From the NCBI RefSeq assembly GCF_025526975.1, contig NW_026515670.1, positions 1,054,001 through 1,118,000 on the forward strand: DNA of 64,000 nt. The letters run 5' to 3'. This DNA is from Fimicolochytrium jonesii. Lineage: Eukaryota. The translations under genes were made by a program, and so were the position numbers. Shown in pieces: positions 62,509 through 64,000 of the stretch. Each line of letters starts with the position of its first letter. Within the stretch, counting starts at the first letter, position 1. The notes below the pieces were generated by a model. It was given only the letters and a program-made list of their open reading frames with translations. It was not told where the DNA came from and ran no database searches.

Positions 62509-63303
62509 ATGTCCGTCGCGGTCATCCATGGTGCCAGCCGAGGCATTGGCCTCGCCCTCGCTTCCCAGTTCCTCCGCCGAACCAACTTCGACGTCGTAAC
62601 CACAGGGCGGAGCTCACTACCACCGCTGCCGGACTCCAACGGGCGCCATATGCATATCGAAACAGACCTCGCAAACGATCAATCAGTCGCGCGTGCCGCC
62701 AAATCCGTGGCGGATAAATATGGCAAAGTATGCATCCGTGCATTGGTGTGCACGGCCGGGTACTTGAAGCCAGAGAAGACTATTACGGCGATCGACGTGG
62801 AGGAAGCGGAGAAACATTTCAAGATCAACGCGATCGCGCCTATGCTCGTTGGGAAGCACTTTTCACCCTTGATCCAGTTTCCAAAACGTGGTGGGACTTT
62901 GGGAGGGAATTCTGCATCGCTGGGGAAATCAGCTCCTGCAAGTGGAAAGGACGATGAACCGTTCAACCTGCCCATCTGGGCGCACATCTCTGCGCGTACG
63001 GGCTCTATAGGAGATAATCGGCTGGGTGGATGGTATTCATACCGCATGAGCAAAGCGGCCATCAACCAATTGACGAGGACGCTGGCTGTCGAGCTCGGTC
63101 GCAAAGGAGCCGTGGTAGTATCGCTGCACCCAGGCACGGTTCGAACAGAGCTGTCGCGGAAGTACATCACGCACTTGGCGGAAGGCCACCAATTGTTCGA
63201 TCCTGACCAGGCGGCGGAGAAGTTATTTGACGTCATGGCGGGATTGGGCGAGGCTGAGAATGGGAGGTTCTTTGATTACGCACGGAAGGAAATTGTTTGG
63301 TGA
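62509..63303 (+). CDS. Short-chain dehydrogenase/reductase (CsgA/C-factor-like)
   Basis: GASRGIG, SARTGSIGDNRLGGWYSYRMSKAA and LHPGTVRT. Confidence 0.92.
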   Translation: MSVAVIHGASRGIGLALASQFLRRTNFDVVTTGRSSLPPLPDSNGRHMHIETDLANDQSVARAAKSVADKYGKVCIRALVCTAGYLKPEKTITAIDVEEAEKHFKINAIAPMLVGKHFSPLIQFPKRGGTLGGNSASLGKSAPASGKDDEPFNLPIWAHISARTGSIGDNRLGGWYSYRMSKAAINQLTRTLAVELGRKGAVVVSLHPGTVRTELSRKYITHLAEGHQLFDPDQAAEKLFDVMAGLGEAENGRFFDYARKEIVW

Positions 63304-63722
63304 AAACCAGAGCTGGTCGGATCCCTTGTTCTCGACGCTGTCCCATTGTAACATGTTTGCGAACTCCGCCAAACCCATCCAAATACGTATACTTCATGTC
63401 GTAATCATTGAAGTAGTCCGACCTGATACAAGTGATGAGCACGTTGATGTAAACTCGATCGTAGATCAACCCGGGGAAACTACAATAAGCGCAGCCCTGC
63501 CTTTCAGTTACTGTCGATGTTGGGGGGCAGATAAATTTCGATTAAGTTTGATTTACTTCGAGTACGCGAAGGCCGAACTGCCATTTTTGGAAGGTAGGTA
63601 TAATATATACAGTGACGGCTCAAGGAGAAGGTTTCTTTGAAGGATCGAAGTGCCAAACTTGGGTCGTATCCGGGTGCTAAACAAAACCAGTTAATACTGT
63701 TCACCGAAAATCCAGAGCAGAA

Positions 63723-63800
63723 TCGAAGTTGCCAAACAAAACCACAGCATTGTTCAGTCCGTCGAAGTTGCCAAACAAAAACACAGCATTGTTCAGTCCG
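63723..63800. repeat. 39-bp tandem duplication (one mismatch)
   Basis: tcgaagttgccaaacaaaa(c/a)cacagcattgttcagtccg at 63723-63761 and 63762-63800. Confidence 0.9.
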
Positions 63801-64000
63801 ACGGGATGCACGAGTCCACTAGGCACCTAACATCTAAAAATAACCTAGGTGCGAGACCCTCCCGAGAGAGCCTGCTGCAGTATGAGTCGTTCCGCCACAA
63901 TATTTACAGCCCATGTATAAAAGCTGCGACACGCCCGGTGTCCGTCTTCCAATCCATCATCCAACACAACACAACAAAAAGCCTCCGTCTCCGAGTTCAT

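Noticed and set aside
63646..63800. Repeat units as a possible CRISPR array
   Set aside because: Adjacent tandem copies with no spacers, no cas genes, and a eukaryotic context.

Overview
Intron-containing eukaryotic DNA (short GT-AG introns) from a zoosporic fungus, most plausibly a chytrid such as a Spizellomycetales member. Support: chitin synthase, chitin deacetylase and a Zn2Cys6 factor point to a fungus, an ENKD1-like gene points to a flagellated lineage, and the elongation factor is EFL rather than EF-1alpha. About 21 protein genes were modelled by hand from splice signals: a stand-alone response regulator, RSM19, NSE2, ENKD1-like, EFL, ELP3, NUXM, an MPN/Abraxas-like RD-rich protein, a SPIDR-like protein, a predicted lipidated protein, a pectin methylesterase, a Zn2Cys6 factor, a PCGF-type RING, a RasGEF, FAM72, a secreted Cys/Pro-rich protein, chitin synthase, a GAR-domain protein, DDX21-like, a Pcl-type cyclin, a GPI-anchored chitin deacetylase and an SDR. 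There are also two identical tRNA-Val(AAC) genes and two frameshifted pseudogenes missed by the ORF track (F-box/LRR and tubulin cofactor A). The best leads are compact homologs of animal-type chromatin and DNA-repair proteins (RAWUL-less PCGF, mini-SPIDR next to an Abraxas-like gene, FAM72), a GAR protein with a tandem SxIP array, and clustered TAC(A/T)GTA motifs resembling Tc1/mariner excision footprints. All homology calls come from recalled motifs, not database searches.
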